In this document: positions 27,914-37,430 of the stretch, piece by piece
How positions within the stretch are numbered: the first letter of the stretch is position 1
Layout: every line of letters begins with the position of its first letter
Assembly (NCBI GenBank): GCA_963712115.1
Contig: CAVQGX010000031.1
Span: 294,438 to 358,437 of the forward strand
Length of the DNA: 64,000 bases
Direction of reading: 5' to 3'
From: an uncultured delta proteobacterium
Lineage (GTDB): Bacteria > Desulfobacterota > Syntrophobacteria > BM002
The notes under the pieces: generated by a model
What the model was told of the DNA's origin: nothing
Databases searched by the model: none
Seen by the model: only the letters and a program-made list of their open reading frames with translations
Made by a program: the position numbers and the translations under genes

Positions 27914-28990
27914 GTGGAAAGACTTTTACCTACACTTGATGCGATTACTCCTGTTGACCGGAGTCTGGAAGCCGAAGTTCGTGCCCATCTAGACAACCTT
28001 ACGAAACCTCTTGGCAGTCTAGGGTTCCTGGAAGACCTGGCTGCCAACTATTGTTTAATAACCGGGACGAGCACCCCACAATTGGGCAAGAAGCGTATAG
28101 TGACCTTTGCCGGTGACCACTCCGTTGCAGCGGAAGGGGTTTCCGCCTATCCCAGTGAGGTCACACCTCAGATGGTTTACAACATGCTTGCTGGTGGGGC
28201 AGCCATCAATGTATTAGCCAAGCACGTGGGGGCCGACCTACAGGTAGTTGACATAGGGGTAGCTGACCCCCTAGAGGCTGCATCTGGTATACTGCGTCGG
28301 AAGGTGAAGCCGGGTACTGATAATATGAGCAGAGGACCGGCCATGACCAAAGAGGAGGCCATCCAGGGGATCCTGGTTGGGGTGGAGCTGGCCCATGCTG
28401 CTGCTGACGAAGGCGTCACCTTGATCGGCACTGGCGAAATGGGGATCGCCAACACAACCCCTTCCTCGGCGCTCTATGCCTCCCTCATTCCCTGCCCGGT
28501 GGTAGAGGTAACCGGGCGAGGTACGGGAATCGACGACAGCAGGCTCCAGCACAAGATCAAAGTCATTGAGCGTAGCCTCGAGGTTAATGCGCCCAGGCTC
28601 AATGATCCCCTCTCGACTCTTGCGGCTGTCGGTGGTTTGGAAATCGCCGGGATCTGTGGACTCATTTTGGCTGCGGCCGGGCGGAGATTGCCTGTAGTTG
28701 TCGACGGTTTTATCTCCTCAGCTGCTGCTCTTGTGGCCATGAGGCTAAAAGAGTCAGTAATCGATTACCTTTTTTTTAGCCACTGCTCAGCTGAGGCCGG
28801 CCACCGCACCTTTTTCGAGCGCTTGGGGATTCGACCCATACTCGATCTCGACCTGAGGTTAGGCGAGGGAACTGGTGCCGCTCTGGCCATGCACGTAATC
28901 GAAGGGGCGGTGAAAATATACAACGAAATGGCAACTTTCGACTCTGCCGGCGTCAGTGGCAAAGGAATAAGGAGTGGTGACTGGCGGTGA
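27914..28990 (+). CDS. cobT: Nicotinate-nucleotide-dimethylbenzimidazole phosphoribosyltransferase
   Basis: [33 protein letters not shown]. Confidence 0.96.
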   Translation: MERLLPTLDAITPVDRSLEAEVRAHLDNLTKPLGSLGFLEDLAANYCLITGTSTPQLGKKRIVTFAGDHSVAAEGVSAYPSEVTPQMVYNMLAGGAAINVLAKHVGADLQVVDIGVADPLEAASGILRRKVKPGTDNMSRGPAMTKEEAIQGILVGVELAHAAADEGVTLIGTGEMGIANTTPSSALYASLIPCPVVEVTGRGTGIDDSRLQHKIKVIERSLEVNAPRLNDPLSTLAAVGGLEIAGICGLILAAAGRRLPVVVDGFISSAAALVAMRLKESVIDYLFFSHCSAEAGHRTFFERLGIRPILDLDLRLGEGTGAALAMHVIEGAVKIYNEMATFDSAGVSGKGIRSGDWR

Positions 28991-29026
28991 TTACGTCGAA
29001 ACCCTATTTCTTTTTCATGGGCACCG

Positions 29027-29228
29027 GTCATTTGCTTCGCGTCACTTGGCTAAGCCGTCAATAGGGCTGGCGCCCGTCATATTTGTCATTTGGTTTCACC
29101 TATTAATTATCACTGATCTTGACGACCTGTTGACAACAAATGACAGCGGAGCGTAATGACAGCCACTTTAGTGGCATAATGACTACCTTATGACAGCGAA
29201 CTGACGGCCACGGAAGTGGCCAAATGAC
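29027..29228. repeat. Modular GTCA/TGAC mini-hairpin array, copy 4
   Basis: Same modules in opposite orientation to copies 1 and 3; central spacer shared with copy 8. Confidence 0.9.
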
Positions 29229-29282
29229 CCAATAACTGCGCACTGCTGGATACCAGGTATATAAGGAAATTGAGAGAGTTAC

Positions 29283-30062
29283 ATGCTCCGTGGACTGATT
29301 ACTGCCTTTCGGACCCTGACCATCTTTCCTATCCCTGGGCAAGATGCGCCAAAGCACAGCAACTCTCTACCTTTTTTCCCGGTGGTAGGATTTGCCTTAG
29401 GACTGCTCCTCTGGCTTGTGAGTCTCATTGACAGACTCATTAGCGGCAGCGGTTGGCCCATGGGCATCGCAGCGCTAATGCTCCTGGCAAACATCATAAG
29501 CACAAGAGCTCTTCATTTGGACGGTTTAGCGGATTTTGCCGATGCTCTTGGTGGTGGCTGGGATAAAGCAAGGCGTCTTGAGATCATGAAAGACACTCGC
29601 CTCGGGGTCTTCGGTGGGGTGGCTGTTATTATTGCTTTGCTTTGCAAGTGGCTTGCCTTTTCCAGGTTGGTATCAGTGGGCAGCACCGTCTGGGTCATCC
29701 TGCTCTTCATGATTGCCCGGACAATGCAGGTCCACTTAGCAGTACGACTAGACTACGCCAGAGTTGAGGGTGGCACGGCTTCTTCTTTTGTTCAGGGGGC
29801 TTCCGCCTATCACTTTGGCGCAGCCTATATGATCACCCTGGTAGCAGCTCTTGTTTTTGGCCCCTTTGGTTTGGCGGCTCTGGCTGTGGCCGCAATAATA
29901 ACCTGGGTCTATGGAGCTTGGTGTCGCAAGAACATCGGTGGCATAACCGGCGACCTGCTTGGCGCAGGGAATGAAATAATCGAGGTTGCCCTCCTCTTGT
30001 TGGCAGCCGCACCTGGCTCCCTCCTCCTTGGCCATACTGGCTGGGGGTGGCTAATTCATTAG
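29283..30062 (+). CDS. cobS: Adenosylcobinamide-GDP ribazoletransferase (cobalamin synthase)
   Basis: LHLDGLADFAD, LEIMKD.RLG.FG, GGITGD.LGA. Confidence 0.95.
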   Translation: MLRGLITAFRTLTIFPIPGQDAPKHSNSLPFFPVVGFALGLLLWLVSLIDRLISGSGWPMGIAALMLLANIISTRALHLDGLADFADALGGGWDKARRLEIMKDTRLGVFGGVAVIIALLCKWLAFSRLVSVGSTVWVILLFMIARTMQVHLAVRLDYARVEGGTASSFVQGASAYHFGAAYMITLVAALVFGPFGLAALAVAAIITWVYGAWCRKNIGGITGDLLGAGNEIIEVALLLLAAAPGSLLLGHTGWGWLIH

Positions 30063-30090
30063 GGCGAAACATCGCTCAAGGATTCATCCA

Positions 30091-30220
30091 GTCATTTGCC
30101 TTCGGCGTCATTTGGGCTGGCGCCCGTCATTAGGCCTTACGGCCGTCATTAGGTCGTTACAACAAATGACCATAAATGACAGCGTAGCGTACTGACGGCC
30201 ACATCTAGTGGCTAAGTGAC
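30091..30220. repeat. Modular GTCA/TGAC mini-hairpin array, copy 5
   Basis: gtcattt GCCTTCGGC gtcattt GGGCTGGCGCCC gtcatta GGCCTTACGGCC ... tgac a GCGTAGC gtac tgac GGCCACATCTAGTGGC. Confidence 0.9.
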
Positions 30221-30252
30221 TATAAGTGATCAACTAGAAGAACCGAGAGACT

Positions 30253-31344
30253 ATGGTGAGCGACGAACACATCCACGGCGGTGATCCGGAAAGGGAATTA
30301 AAGAGGCTGGGGCTTGCCCCTCGCCGAGTTCTGGATTTCAGTGTCAACGTCAGTCCCCTGGGCGTTCCAGAAGAGATTAAAAATATATGGAACGATCTTT
30401 TTAGAGAGATTGAAAGCTATCCCACTGTGGATGGCCGGGGAGTCGTTCACTATTATGAGAAACGCTTCGGTCTTGATCCTGCCCGGATTTTGGCAGGTAA
30501 CGGTTCCACCGAATCTATTTACCTGGCACCACGCGGTTTGGGCTTGCGGAAGGTGGTGGTAATCAATCCCTCCTTCCATGACTACACCAGAGCCAGCCTG
30601 GCGGCCGGGGCAGAATTGATCCCGGTGGAGCTCAAGGCCACTGCCGGGTTTGCCCCCCCGGATATGTCAGTTTTAGAAGAGGCGCTGGCCGGCAGCGACG
30701 GTCTATTTGTCGGCAACCCCAATAATCCTACAGGCACGGTTTTCCCCCGGCAGCTGTTGCTTGATCTAGCAGCGACTTTTCCCAGAAAGTGGCTGCTAGT
30801 TGACGAGGCCTTTGTTCAGTTTCTCGACCGACCTGATGAGACTAGCTTAATCAAGGAACAGCCACCACCGGCCAATATCCTTGTCTTTCACTCTCTCACC
30901 AAATTTTTTGCCCTTCCGGGTCTCAGGTTGGGTGCAGTAGTCGGCCATCCGGATGTTATCTCTCGTCTTCGTCAACTCAAAGAACCTTGGAGTGTCAACC
31001 GCATAGCCGAAAAAGTGGCACTGAAATTGATTGATTGCGCCGATTACGAGAAGAAGTTGACAAACCTTATTCGGAGAGAGCGGCCTAGGGTTTTTGCCAG
31101 GCTAAATAAGATCGCCGGGTTTCAACCTTTTGAACCTGCAGCTAATTTCCTCCTCGCACGGTGGACGCAAACAGACGAATTGGATGATTTTCTGCTCTTC
31201 ATGATGCGCTCAGGAATTCACCTTCGAGACTGCCGCAACTTTCCAGGACTGGAGGACAATTTTTTCCGCATGGCTATTCGCCAACCGGAAGAAAATGATC
31301 AGGTCCTCTCACTTATGCAAGACTGTGCTGCCCATTTTTTATGA
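30253..31344 (+). CDS. cobD: L-threonine-O-3-phosphate decarboxylase
   Basis: HGGD, DFSVNVSPLG, NPNNPTG, DEAF, SLTKFFALPGLRLG; cob cluster context. Confidence 0.88.
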   Translation: MVSDEHIHGGDPERELKRLGLAPRRVLDFSVNVSPLGVPEEIKNIWNDLFREIESYPTVDGRGVVHYYEKRFGLDPARILAGNGSTESIYLAPRGLGLRKVVVINPSFHDYTRASLAAGAELIPVELKATAGFAPPDMSVLEEALAGSDGLFVGNPNNPTGTVFPRQLLLDLAATFPRKWLLVDEAFVQFLDRPDETSLIKEQPPPANILVFHSLTKFFALPGLRLGAVVGHPDVISRLRQLKEPWSVNRIAEKVALKLIDCADYEKKLTNLIRRERPRVFARLNKIAGFQPFEPAANFLLARWTQTDELDDFLLFMMRSGIHLRDCRNFPGLEDNFFRMAIRQPEENDQVLSLMQDCAAHFL

Positions 31345-32360
31345 TTCACGCCGCCGCCATACTTATTTCTGCCCTGGTTCTGGATCTAATTCTAGGCGAT
31401 CCTCCCTTCCGCTTTCACCCGGTTCGGCTCATAGGCTCGACCATTAGTGGTTTGGAGAGGCTATTCCTCAGGTTAGGATGGTCGGGACTAGTTGGCGGAG
31501 CCCTTCTGGCAGCCAGCACAATTGCAGTTTTCCTCGGACTTTATCTGGCAGTTCGCAGCTTTCTCGGCAGACTACATCCTTTTCTAGCTTCAGTTCTGGA
31601 TCTCTACCTGGCCTATTCCTTCCTGGCATTGAAAGACTTGCTCAATCACGCCACCCCAGTTGCACAAGCTCTGGCCAGGAGTGATTTGACTCAGGCCCGG
31701 ACCGCACTCCAAAAAATTGTGGGTAGGGATACCTCAAATTTAGACACAGAAGGTGTGGTTCGTGGAGCAGTGGAGAGCGTGGCGGAGAATTTCGTTGATG
31801 GCGTGCTCTCACCTATGTTCTGGTACACCTTCGTAGCAGTTCTCAGCCATGTGTTTGGCTGTCCTTCACCTGCTGCCGCCGGTATTCTCAGTATGCTCAG
31901 CTTTAAAGTAATAAGCACACTCGACTCAATGGTAGGATATCGAAGAGATCATTATCTCCTATTTGGCAGACCTGCCGCCCGGCTGGACGATCTGGCCAAC
32001 TTCTTGCCGGCTCGTCTTTCTCTTATCATTTTATATATAGGAGCGGTTTTCAGTGGCGAGAGTGGTAGGGAAGGATGGAAAATTGCCTTGCGTGACCGGC
32101 GAAAACATCCATCACCCAACGCTGGCCACCCAGAGAGCTTTGTGGCTGGGGCTCTCGGGATCAAACTTGGAGGGCCTTCCCTTTATCAGGAAGGAGTGGT
32201 AGATAAACCCTGGTTAGGGGAGGGAGATGAAGAGACTGGATCCGCAGCATGTTCGCCGCTGTTGCAGATTGGTTTATCGGTCTTCCTGGGTAAGCGTTTT
32301 TATCTTTTCGGCCTTTCTTCTTTGCTCATCGGTTTTCCCTCCATGATTAGTTTCCATTAG
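31341..32360 (+). CDS. cbiB: Adenosylcobinamide-phosphate synthase (possible +1 frameshift near 32241 altering the C-terminus)
   Basis: LGDPP..HPV, VESVAENFVD, STLDSMVGY, ARLDD.ANF.PARL, H.SPNAG.PE. Confidence 0.92.
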   Translation: MIHAAAILISALVLDLILGDPPFRFHPVRLIGSTISGLERLFLRLGWSGLVGGALLAASTIAVFLGLYLAVRSFLGRLHPFLASVLDLYLAYSFLALKDLLNHATPVAQALARSDLTQARTALQKIVGRDTSNLDTEGVVRGAVESVAENFVDGVLSPMFWYTFVAVLSHVFGCPSPAAAGILSMLSFKVISTLDSMVGYRRDHYLLFGRPAARLDDLANFLPARLSLIILYIGAVFSGESGREGWKIALRDRRKHPSPNAGHPESFVAGALGIKLGGPSLYQEGVVDKPWLGEGDEETGSAACSPLLQIGLSVFLGKRFYLFGLSSLLIGFPSMISFH

Positions 32361-32438
32361 TCAAAGTATATCCAGGCCGTTATACTTCACAGGTAAAAAA
32401 AGGCTTTAGCTTCTAGTTCATTTCTACTAGAATCCGCC

Positions 32439-32472
32439 TGTAAAAATTTCGTAACAAAGGTGTAACAATTTT
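32439..32472 (+). promoter_or_regulatory. Pho-box-like direct repeats upstream of the phoU-pst operon
   Basis: GTAAAA (32440), GTAACA (32451), GTAACA (32462) at 11-bp periodicity. Confidence 0.65.
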
Positions 32473-32515
32473 TGAGGCCGGCTCTTCAAGCTTTTGGAGG
32501 GTAAGGAGAATCGAC

Positions 32516-33631
32516 ATGCCATCTCGTTTAGAGCAAAGCTTGCAAAGGGATATCGACCAAATTCGCTCCAAAGTGATTAAGATGGGCACCCTGGCAGAAG
32601 GCGCTTTGAGAGCCAGTCTCCATGCGCTTACCCAGTCAGACCGTCAGTTGGCTTACTCAGTTATCCTACGCGATCGGTATATCGACGAATTGGAGATGGA
32701 GCTAGACCAGCTTTGTCAGGAGTTTCTCGTGCGGCAGCAGCCCGCTGCCGGCAACCTGCGCTTCGTTTACGCGGTCATCAAAATCAACAATGAATTGGAA
32801 AGAATTGGGGATTACGCCGAGAGCATCGCGCGACATTTCCTAAGAGTACGTTCGGTTGATCCACAGCCTTCCTACGATAAGATGGAAGCCATTGCTCAGA
32901 AATCGATTCCTATGCTTCGTAATGCCATGCAGGCTTTTGCCGAGAGAGATACCGAGTTGGCAAAGGCCACCATGGATATGGAGGACAAGGTTGACGACAT
33001 TCGTTGGGATATTCACCATGAATTGATCCGTCTGCATGAGGATGGCAAGCTACCTTCAGAAGTACTTCCCTCACTCATGACTATCGTCACTCGCTTTGAG
33101 CGGGTGGCGGATCGATCTTGCAATATTTGTGAAGAAGTCCTCTATATGTGTACAGGCGAAGGCATTAAACACAAAGGAAAGGAAGTTTTCCGTGTTCTTC
33201 TTGTAGACGAGAGAGATGCCTGCCGTGGCCAGATAGCAAAGGGTATTGGCAATTCCCTCGGATTGGAGAGGTTCCATTTCTACAGTGCTGGGGTTGCTCC
33301 ACAAACTATAGATCCCAAAACAGTCGAATTCATGGCGGAAAAAGGGATTGATATCTCTGAACAGACTTCAAAGTATCTCGATCAGATCCTGGATCTCGAG
33401 AATTATCAGATTTTTGTCTCTCTGTGCAAAGAAGCAGAGGAGTACTTCCCGCCACCACAGAGCAAAATGATCAGCATTCATTGGGAAATAGAAGATCCTT
33501 CCAGACTCGACGGCTCTGAACAAGATATTCGAGCCGCTTTCGAAAAAACCTATAATATCTTGGATTCAAATATTCGAGATCTCGTTGAGGCGATTCTCGG
33601 CAATGACATCTTGAGCGAGGAGAAATCATAA
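32516..33631 (+). CDS. phoU: PhoU fused to a C-terminal degenerate LMW-PTP/ArsC-like domain
   Basis: QQP.A.NLR, ELERIGDYA, ERVAD..NICE; C-terminal VLLVDERDACRGQ, SAG, GIDIS.QTSK, HW.IEDP. Confidence 0.88.
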   Translation: MPSRLEQSLQRDIDQIRSKVIKMGTLAEGALRASLHALTQSDRQLAYSVILRDRYIDELEMELDQLCQEFLVRQQPAAGNLRFVYAVIKINNELERIGDYAESIARHFLRVRSVDPQPSYDKMEAIAQKSIPMLRNAMQAFAERDTELAKATMDMEDKVDDIRWDIHHELIRLHEDGKLPSEVLPSLMTIVTRFERVADRSCNICEEVLYMCTGEGIKHKGKEVFRVLLVDERDACRGQIAKGIGNSLGLERFHFYSAGVAPQTIDPKTVEFMAEKGIDISEQTSKYLDQILDLENYQIFVSLCKEAEEYFPPPQSKMISIHWEIEDPSRLDGSEQDIRAAFEKTYNILDSNIRDLVEAILGNDILSEEKS

Positions 33632-34572
33632 TGTTCAGTAAATCACCTATCAGAAAAAATATGCTTGTGCTTGGTTGTCTCGTCCTTACCTACACCATCC
33701 TTCTCATAGGGTGCGGCCAAAAAAGCGAAGAGACCCCCACCTCTTCCTCTGGGAAGACTGTCATCCAGAATGCTGGCTCTGACACCATGGTCAATGTGGC
33801 CCAAACATGGGCAGAAGACTATGCCACAATCAACCCCTCGGTCTCTGTGGAAGTCTCTGGCGGAGGGTCTGGAACGGGCATCGCTGCCCTGATCAACGGC
33901 ACTGTCGATATTGCCAATTGCAGCCGCCAGATGGAACCTGAAGAAATGGAGAGGGCAAAACAGAACACCGGCAAAGAGCCGCAGAAATTTGTGGTGGGCT
34001 ATGACGCCCTTGCTGTTTACCTCCATAAAGGCAACCCTCTAAATCAAATAAGCATCGAACAACTCGCGCAAATCTATGGTGAAGGGGGCAAGATCACCAA
34101 GTGGTCTCAGCTAGGCATCAAGAATTCAGCCTGCGATAGTGACGAAATTATTCGGGTAAGCCGACAATCTAACTCTGGTACCTACCACTACTTTCGCGAA
34201 ACCTTGCTCGGCAAGGAAAAGGATTTCAAATTGGGCTCTAGGGATTTGCACGGCTCGAAGGATGTAGTGGAACTAGTTGGTAGGACTCCCTGCGCCATAG
34301 GTTACAGCGGCATGGGTTACGCAACCGAGCAGGTAAAAAAACTGAAAATATCCAGAGAGGCGGGTAAACCCGCATATGAGCCCAGCCTCAAAACTGCGCT
34401 AGATGGAACTTATCCAATTTCCCGGCCGCTATACATGTACACTCTCGGAGAGCCAACTGGAGAAACCAGGAAATATCTAGAATGGATTTACTCTGATGTG
34501 GGTCAGGCAATTGTCGAACAGAGCGGGTACGTGCCCTTGCCGCAAGAAGAGCGCATCATGGGTCATAAGTAA
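33631..34572 (+). CDS. pstS: Phosphate ABC transporter substrate-binding lipoprotein
   Basis: Lipobox LIGC, GSDTM, GGGSGTG, RQSNSGT, YPISRPL. Confidence 0.93.
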   Translation: MFSKSPIRKNMLVLGCLVLTYTILLIGCGQKSEETPTSSSGKTVIQNAGSDTMVNVAQTWAEDYATINPSVSVEVSGGGSGTGIAALINGTVDIANCSRQMEPEEMERAKQNTGKEPQKFVVGYDALAVYLHKGNPLNQISIEQLAQIYGEGGKITKWSQLGIKNSACDSDEIIRVSRQSNSGTYHYFRETLLGKEKDFKLGSRDLHGSKDVVELVGRTPCAIGYSGMGYATEQVKKLKISREAGKPAYEPSLKTALDGTYPISRPLYMYTLGEPTGETRKYLEWIYSDVGQAIVEQSGYVPLPQEERIMGHK

Positions 34573-34603
34573 AGATATGAAATCCCAAACTCCAAGCACC
34601 AAA

Positions 34604-34686
34604 TTTCAGGAGTTTAGGTGTCAGGTTTCAGGTGTCAGGAGAGAAAACAGAAAGGCTGAAACCTGAACACTGAAACCTGAAACCTC
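34604..34686. repeat. Inverted heptamer arms GGTKTCA / TGAAACC, copy 2 (inside the pst operon)
   Basis: aggtgtcaggtttcaggtgtcagg ... ctgaaacctgaacactgaaacctgaaacct. Confidence 0.85.
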
Positions 34687-34770
34687 AGTAAGATCTGACC
34701 TGGCCCATCGAAGATCCCGTTATGCGGGGAAGGACCAGGTTTTCGATCTTGAATAGAGGACTAAAAACAT

Positions 34771-35664
34771 ATGATTAGCCGACATCGCCTTGAGACTCTC
34801 ACCGAACCTGTCATTGAATGGATTATTCGGCTATGTGGAATTAGTGCGATCATTTTTGTTTTTGGCATTTTCTTTTTCGTCTTTCGGGAAGGAGCAGATT
34901 TTCTCTTTCACAAGCTTGACCTCGTAGAGTTTTTTACCAGCCCTGAATGGTATCCCACCTCCGTTAGCCACAAGAGATATGGTGTACTCGCCTTGATCGC
35001 TGGAACCGCCAGTGTAACCCTTTTGGCGATGGCTATTGCCGTGCCCTTTGGATTGGGGGCTGCCATTTTTGTATCGGAATTCTGCAGTCCTAAACTAAAG
35101 GAAGCATTTAAGATCACAATCGAACTTCTGGCCGCCATACCTTCAGTGGTATGGGGATTCATTGGCCTTACCATAATGAATGAGCTGATTATCGACCTGT
35201 TCAACGCGCCAATCGGACTTACTGTCCTGAACGGTGGTATTATCCTCGCTTTAATGAGCGTGCCAATTATCGTCTCAATAGGAGAAGACGCACTCAAGGC
35301 TGTTCCTGATTCTTATCGGGAAGCTGCCGAAGCCCTAGGGGCAACCCGCTGGCAGGTTGTCTACAAAGTGCTTCTGCCGGCAGCCAAGAACGGTTTATTG
35401 GCCGCCGTTCTCCTTGGTGTTGCTCGGGCAATCGGGGAGACCATGGCAGTACTCATGGCAACCGGTCATGCCGTCAAAATTCCCCACAGTTTACTCGATT
35501 CAGTCAGAACTCTAACCGCAACAATCGCAGCAGAACTCGGTGAGGCACCAGTACATTCAGATCACTATCAAGTGCTCTTTCTTATCGGAGTTTTGCTCTT
35601 TTCCATCACTTTTGTGGTAAATCTTACCGCCGATTTAATTGTCAAGGGAATCCGCCAGAAATAG
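34771..35664 (+). CDS. pstC: Phosphate ABC transporter permease PstC
   Basis: ELLAAIPSVV.G, REAAEALGATRW, RAIGETMAV. Confidence 0.95.
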   Translation: MISRHRLETLTEPVIEWIIRLCGISAIIFVFGIFFFVFREGADFLFHKLDLVEFFTSPEWYPTSVSHKRYGVLALIAGTASVTLLAMAIAVPFGLGAAIFVSEFCSPKLKEAFKITIELLAAIPSVVWGFIGLTIMNELIIDLFNAPIGLTVLNGGIILALMSVPIIVSIGEDALKAVPDSYREAAEALGATRWQVVYKVLLPAAKNGLLAAVLLGVARAIGETMAVLMATGHAVKIPHSLLDSVRTLTATIAAELGEAPVHSDHYQVLFLIGVLLFSITFVVNLTADLIVKGIRQK

Positions 35665-35667
35665 GGA

Positions 35668-36660
35668 ATGAAGAAGATGACCGGACAACAAGACACGACC
35701 ATTATCAATTCCAACCCTGATTTTTCTGGAAGAAACCCCGGCACATCCGAGAAACAGGCGAGTAGAAATGCGAATTTGTTCACGGAGACGCCCCTTGTTC
35801 GCAGGAAAAGACTAGCTGAGAACATGGCTAAGGGATTGTTTCTCCTGATGGCGCTTTTGATGGTCATTCCCCTGATTCTCATCGTTGGTTATCTCTTTTA
35901 CAAAGCCTTTCCGGTTCTATCATTTGATTTCTTGTTCACCAATCCAACGCACGGTATGCGCGCTGGTGGGATATGGGCAGCTCTCTTGGGCACTATCTAT
36001 TTAGTTATGATTTCTCTACTCGTCTCTGCCCCCATTGGAGTTCTGGCGGCCGTCTACTTGAATGAATATGCGAGAGAGAATTGGCTCACCCGAATTATCA
36101 ACCTGGCCGTGGTGAACCTCGCCGGCGTTCCCAGCATTGTTCATGCACTCTTCGGCGTTGGTGCTTTTGTCCTGTTTGCTCGGATGGGTCGCTCCATTCT
36201 CGCGGCTTCTCTTACTTTGGCGATTATGACTCTACCCGTAATTATTGCCGCCACCAAGGAAGCACTTGGCGCGGTACCCATGGCTTTTCGAGAGGCCTGC
36301 TGGAATGTTGGTGCAACCCGCTGGCAAACTATTCGCAGAATCGTTTTACCCAACTCTATCAGTGGCATTTTGACTGGCATTATTCTCCAGGTCTCCCGTG
36401 CTGCTGGAGAGACCGCACCGATTATGTTCACTGGCGCTGTATTTTATAAAGCAATTTCTGAAGGCAATCCTTTTGCCTACGGCCTATTTGATCAATGTAT
36501 GGCCCTCTCCATGCATCTCTTCACCATTTCCACCCAAGTCCCAAATGTACCTGACGCCATACCATACGGGACTGCCGTTGTTCTTCTTGGCACCGTGCTG
36601 CTGGTTAACCTACTGGCTATTGCGCTACGTGTATATCTACGTTCGCGAAAGAGGTGGTAG
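35668..36660 (+). CDS. pstA: Phosphate ABC transporter permease PstA
   Basis: YLNEY, NLAGVPSIV, RAAGETAP; start uncertain. Confidence 0.93.
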   Translation: MKKMTGQQDTTIINSNPDFSGRNPGTSEKQASRNANLFTETPLVRRKRLAENMAKGLFLLMALLMVIPLILIVGYLFYKAFPVLSFDFLFTNPTHGMRAGGIWAALLGTIYLVMISLLVSAPIGVLAAVYLNEYARENWLTRIINLAVVNLAGVPSIVHALFGVGAFVLFARMGRSILAASLTLAIMTLPVIIAATKEALGAVPMAFREACWNVGATRWQTIRRIVLPNSISGILTGIILQVSRAAGETAPIMFTGAVFYKAISEGNPFAYGLFDQCMALSMHLFTISTQVPNVPDAIPYGTAVVLLGTVLLVNLLAIALRVYLRSRKRW

Positions 36661-37430
36661 ACCTGATGGGTAACTGGAAGAAAAAAATCGAGATCTCTAA
36701 TCTTGAAGTGAGGTATGACAAAAAAGAGGTACTGAAAGGAATTTCTCTCGATATCTATGAAAATGAAATCCTGGCCATCATCGGTCCTGCACAATCAGGA
36801 AAAACGACTTTATTAAAGGTTATAAATCGCACCATAGAATTTGTCCCTGGTGTCTGGGTTGGGGGGACTGTAAAAATAGATGGCAAAAACATTATGGAGA
36901 TGAGGAATGTCTATGAACTGCGGCGGAGGATTGGCATGGTCTTCCCTCTGCCAGTTGGCTTACCTCTGTCCATTTACGACAATGTGGCCTTTGCGCCTCG
37001 GGCTGCTGGTTTCCGCAAGCGCGATCAGTTGGACGAGATCGTTGAGCGCTGTCTGCGACAGGCAGCCCTTTGGGATGAAGTCAAAGACCGTTTGGACAGC
37101 TTGGGAACCAGGCTTTCTGGAGGCCAACAACAACGGTTAACCATTGCCAGGGCCCTTTCTCATCAACCTGAAATCCTCTGTCTCGATGAGTTTTCCATTG
37201 CGGTGGATCCAGTGACGACCATGCGGATCGAAGACGTGCTGAAAGAATTGCGCTCGGAGATGACAATCATCCTGGTCACCAATCTTGTCCAACAGGCCAG
37301 GCGCTTGGCGGATCGAACCGCTTTCCTATTGAACGGCGAGCTGATCGAAGTGGACTCCAATGAAGTTATTTTTTCGCGCTCTCCTGCAAACAAAATGACC
37401 TACGACTACGTGAGCGGAACCTTTGGCTAA
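36654..37430 (+). CDS. pstB: Phosphate ABC ATPase, copy 1 (degenerate Q-loop and H-switch)
   Basis: GPAQSGKT, LWDEVKDRL, LSGGQQQRL; alternative start 36666. Confidence 0.88.
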   Translation: MVDLMGNWKKKIEISNLEVRYDKKEVLKGISLDIYENEILAIIGPAQSGKTTLLKVINRTIEFVPGVWVGGTVKIDGKNIMEMRNVYELRRRIGMVFPLPVGLPLSIYDNVAFAPRAAGFRKRDQLDEIVERCLRQAALWDEVKDRLDSLGTRLSGGQQQRLTIARALSHQPEILCLDEFSIAVDPVTTMRIEDVLKELRSEMTIILVTNLVQQARRLADRTAFLLNGELIEVDSNEVIFSRSPANKMTYDYVSGTFG

